IMG/VR virus record: IMGVR_UViG_3300037046_000004
Span: 1 to 58,589 of that record
DNA: 58,589 bases
Origin: a virus
Taxonomy: Duplodnaviria; Caudoviricetes
Strand: one strand, 5' to 3'
Part shown: piece after piece, positions 55,882 to 58,589 of the stretch
Numbering within the stretch: the first letter of the stretch is position 1
How the letters are laid out: every line of letters starts with the position of its first letter
Translations under genes and position numbers: made by a program
The notes under the pieces: model-generated
The model's input: only the letters and a program-made list of their open reading frames with translations
Databases searched by the model: none
What the model was told of the DNA's origin: nothing

Positions 55882-55891
55882 GGGGTGCAAC

Positions 55892-56191
55892 GTGAATCCA
55901 AAACATGCCGCGTTGTTGTGCTTGGTGGTTGGGCTGTCCTTCGGGCTGATGATAGGGGCGTTGCTTCCACGTGGGCGGACGGTGCAGCCTGAAGGAATGA
56001 TTGAACTGACAAACAGCTTGAAGCGTCAGGCGGACGTGTATCGGGCTGAAGCGTCCTTGTGGCGTGCAGCGGTTGACGAACGTGACGCCATGTGGGGCAA
56101 GCGCGTTCAGGAATTAAAGGATGCCGCGAAGAACGCGGAACTGAACGCGTGGAAGAAGGTCAAGGCTGAACTGGAAGCGCTGAAGCGCTGA
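55892..56191 (+). CDS. Membrane-anchored coiled-coil protein
   Basis: N-terminal transmembrane helix; GGGGG RBS. Confidence 0.6.
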   Translation: MNPKHAALLCLVVGLSFGLMIGALLPRGRTVQPEGMIELTNSLKRQADVYRAEASLWRAAVDERDAMWGKRVQELKDAAKNAELNAWKKVKAELEALKR

Positions 56192-56206
56192 ACGAAAGGA
56201 ACGCAC

Positions 56207-56527
56207 ATGGAACGGCTGATTGACATGGAACTGACGGCGGAATTCCACACGGCTTGTGTGAAGCGCGACAATGAAGCGCTGAAGGTGCTGGTGGATAAAT
56301 TGGGCAATGCGCGGATTGGATTTATGAACGGGGTGGACTTCGTGGACAGTACGAACTTCTACACGGACCGTGACGCAATGCCTGTCTTCACCCCAGAAGG
56401 GGAGAAGTGGGAAGGGTGGCGCGGGGATTTGGTGTGGCGTGAACCCACACCCGAACCGAATCATTGCACGCGTTGCAAGCAACCTAATTGCCCGTCACGG
56501 GAAGCACCGGCTGACGTGAATTTCTGA
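56207..56527 (+). CDS. Hypothetical protein
   Basis: AAGGA RBS; 106 aa. Confidence 0.6.
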   Translation: MERLIDMELTAEFHTACVKRDNEALKVLVDKLGNARIGFMNGVDFVDSTNFYTDRDAMPVFTPEGEKWEGWRGDLVWREPTPEPNHCTRCKQPNCPSREAPADVNF

Positions 56528-56637
56528 CGGTGATTCGTCTGTGATTCCTGTGACTTTTTCATGTATGTATAGGTTTGTATGGGCGTGAACGTGGCGCACA
56601 GGGGTTCCGGGCGGCTTCCGGGGGTGCTACTTTAAGT

Positions 56638-56666
56638 TTGCTTCGTGTCACGCTTGCGGGTAGTTT
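56638..56666 (+). promoter_or_regulatory. Possible promoter upstream of terS (degenerate member of the P1-P5 family)
   Basis: TTGCTT-17nt-TAGTTT with CGC-TT-GCGGG just before the -10. Confidence 0.5.
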
Positions 56667-56690
56667 GTTATTGAACCGTGGGCGTGACAC

Positions 56691-57437
56691 ATGACCAAGA
56701 CGAAGAAGAAGACCAAGACCACCCACCTTCCCACCCCATCACCGGGGCACATTCTCCGTGACAAGACCTTGACCGCTGAAGCACGGTTGGAGTTGCAGCG
56801 CAAGCGGAACGCTGAACGCATGACGCGTCACCGTGGACGTGAACGCAAGGTCAAGAAGCTGATTGCCGAAGGGAAGCCAAAGGCGGCAGTCAAGACCCAC
56901 TTCGGCATTCATCAGACAAGCCGGGCACACGGGGTCAAAGAAGAATTCCATTCACGAAGTCAGTTGCACATGACAACACAGTTGCGGTGGTTGCTGGGGC
57001 AGAAAGACCCGGACGTGCCAACTGAAACGATTGGACGCCAGATAATCAAGACCGCTGTGGATGCCGCGAAGCGCGGCAACTTCATGTTCTTCAAGGAAAT
57101 CATTGACCGCATTGACGGCAAGGTGCCCGAACGGCTGATGATTGACATGACTGAACGCATGGTGAAGGACCAAGCGGCGAAGCTGTGTGAAACCATCTTG
57201 GAAGAAACGGAACGTGTGTGCCGGGAGTTCGTGCCCGAAGACAAGCTGACTGAAGTGGTGGTTCGTATCGGTGAAGCGCTTTACAAACGGCTGTATCAGA
57301 AGAACCCGGTGACATCCTTGGTGCCGGTCAGTGGGGGCTTGGTGCTTGATGCGGTCACACCCCAGCAACCGGCAACGGAACCGGTGGCGGGTGACGTGAC
57401 CCCCGGAGAAGGGGAAGCACATGGCGGAACCACATAG
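56691..57437 (+). CDS. Terminase small subunit (putative)
   Basis: Basic N-terminus; A..GN..FFKEIIDR.DGK motif; upstream of terL. Confidence 0.6.
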   Translation: MTKTKKKTKTTHLPTPSPGHILRDKTLTAEARLELQRKRNAERMTRHRGRERKVKKLIAEGKPKAAVKTHFGIHQTSRAHGVKEEFHSRSQLHMTTQLRWLLGQKDPDVPTETIGRQIIKTAVDAAKRGNFMFFKEIIDRIDGKVPERLMIDMTERMVKDQAAKLCETILEETERVCREFVPEDKLTEVVVRIGEALYKRLYQKNPVTSLVPVSGGLVLDAVTPQQPATEPVAGDVTPGEGEAHGGTT

Positions 57438-57672
57438 CCCACGCGTGTTCCGTGTGGCGTATTTCTTGGATGACGTTGAAGTGCTGACAATGGCGGCACC
57501 CGTCACGGACGCACTGGCGGGGATGCTGGAACACGTCCAAGGCAACCACGTGTTTGAAGACGTGGCTGACGTGTTTCACATGGAAGCCGGAAGCGTGCCA
57601 AGCCGGGCAACGCTGGTGCGGTGGTTCGGACGCATTGAACGGAAAGACCCGCATGAACGAAGCACAGGCTGA
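57421..57672 (+). CDS. Hypothetical protein
   Basis: GAAGGGGA RBS; overlaps both neighbours. Confidence 0.5.
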   Translation: MAEPHSPRVFRVAYFLDDVEVLTMAAPVTDALAGMLEHVQGNHVFEDVADVFHMEAGSVPSRATLVRWFGRIERKDPHERSTG

Positions 57673-57967
57673 CGAAGTGCCGGAACGGATGCCCACAGCC
57701 CCGGCGCGTGACATCACGCGGAAGCAACGGGCGGAACGCATCCAAGCTATCGTGGACGAATTCACCGCCCGGCTGTTAGAAGAAGGGTGTGACAGCGTGC
57801 GTGTGTTCGCCACGCGTCACAGCGGCGGGGAAACGTCACGGTTCAGCGCTGGGTGTGGCAACCTTTATGCACAGATGGGCGTGTGTCTTGAATGGCTGGA
57901 AGAACAACGGACATACGTGAACCTAAACGCTGAAGCCAAGTGCAGCGGGGAAGATGACGATGGATGA
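57653..57967 (+). CDS. Hypothetical protein
   Basis: DSVRVFAT, G.GNLYA..G...EW; overlaps the terL start. Confidence 0.6.
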   Translation: MNEAQADEVPERMPTAPARDITRKQRAERIQAIVDEFTARLLEEGCDSVRVFATRHSGGETSRFSAGCGNLYAQMGVCLEWLEEQRTYVNLNAEAKCSGEDDDG

Positions 57968-58589
57968 AGTTGCTGTTCAATCCATGCTGAAGGGTGTGTT
58001 CCTGAAGGTGCTGAACGCACACAAGACCGGACGCACGAACGTCCTTGCATGGGGCAAGCGCTACTTCCCAGACTACTTCAGCAAGCCGCACGGGCGTCAC
58101 CATATCCTGATTGCTGACCGCTTCCCGGTGTGGAACCACAAGCGCAACATGCGGGTGGTCATCGTCAGCCCACGCGGTTCAGCCAAGACCACAGAACTGA
58201 CGTTCCTGTTGCCGATGTGGGCTATCTGTCACGGGCTTGAAAAGTACATCATGCTTTTTGCTGACACGAACGCCCAAGCAATCAAGTACCTGAAGGCAAT
58301 TCAGCACGAACTGACCAACAACCCACAGCTTGCCGATGACTACCCCCACGCGTGCGGTGTGGGCAAGGAATGGAATACTGACGGCATCCTAACGCGTAAC
58401 GGAATCCGCGTTGAACCGCTGGGAACCGAACAGAAGGTTCGCGGGCGCAAGGAACTTCACCGCCGTCCTTCACTGATGATTATTGATGACCCCGAAGGCG
58501 ATGATGCCGCGTATTCGTCAGCCCGGCGGGAAAGCGTGTGGGATTGGGCAACCAAAGGAGTGTTCAAGGCTGGTGACCGTTCCCCAGAA
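57960..58589 (+). CDS. terL: Terminase large subunit, N-terminal ATPase part (continues through the junction into 1..1051; about 517 aa in total)
   Basis: Manual translation from ATG 57960 (MDEVAVQSMLKG...) gives Walker A-like SPRGSAKT, VRGRK and Walker B IIDD; in frame with ORF 14..1051. Confidence 0.9.
   Translation, partial: MDEVAVQSMLKGVFLKVLNAHKTGRTNVLAWGKRYFPDYFSKPHGRHHILIADRFPVWNHKRNMRVVIVSPRGSAKTTELTFLLPMWAICHGLEKYIMLFADTNAQAIKYLKAIQHELTNNPQLADDYPHACGVGKEWNTDGILTRNGIRVEPLGTEQKVRGRKELHRRPSLMIIDDPEGDDAAYSSARRESVWDWATKGVFKAGDRSPE
58463..58589. repeat. Terminal direct repeat, copy 2
   Basis: Identical to 1-127; 127 nt is a common assembler k-mer length. Confidence 0.95.

Noticed and set aside
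1-58589. tRNA genes, introns, inteins or alternative genetic code
   Set aside because: No cloverleaf recognised in the short intergenic gaps; terL, polA and helicases look uninterrupted; genes tile well under the standard code (tRNAscan-SE/Infernal not run)

Overview
The window is an apparently complete, circularly permuted genome of a GC-rich (about 60% by eye) tailed dsDNA phage with a siphovirus-type tail. Bases 1-127 are repeated exactly at 58463-58589, giving a 58,462-bp circle, and the large terminase gene runs across the junction. Every credible gene is on the + strand. Gene order: TerS/TerL and portal; an inserted cassette (two GT77-like glycosyltransferases, a permuted papain-like enzyme, a Zn protein); a MuF minor head protein with a long C-terminal extension; scaffold and major capsid; three tandem paralogous lectin-like genes; tail genes with a -1 frameshift chaperone, tape measure and Cys-rich tail tip; a second glyco-enzyme and lysis cluster; an early region with repeated sigma70 promoters; a replication module (SNF2, RuvC-like, UDG, PD-(D/E)XK nuclease, MazG, Sak4-like, SSB, PolA, primase-helicase); small genes including a DHH phosphoesterase. 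I found no integrase, methyltransferase, reverse transcriptase, tRNA or CRISPR array. The best leads are: six glycan-modifying enzymes placed among virion genes that also carry several sugar-binding modules; two related inverted-repeat/AT-core elements bracketing the early and replication module; strong avoidance of GATC, CCWGG and GAG/CTC that extends to the Shine-Dalgarno; and a candidate MuF toxin-immunity pair. All family assignments come from motif recognition by eye; no searches were run.
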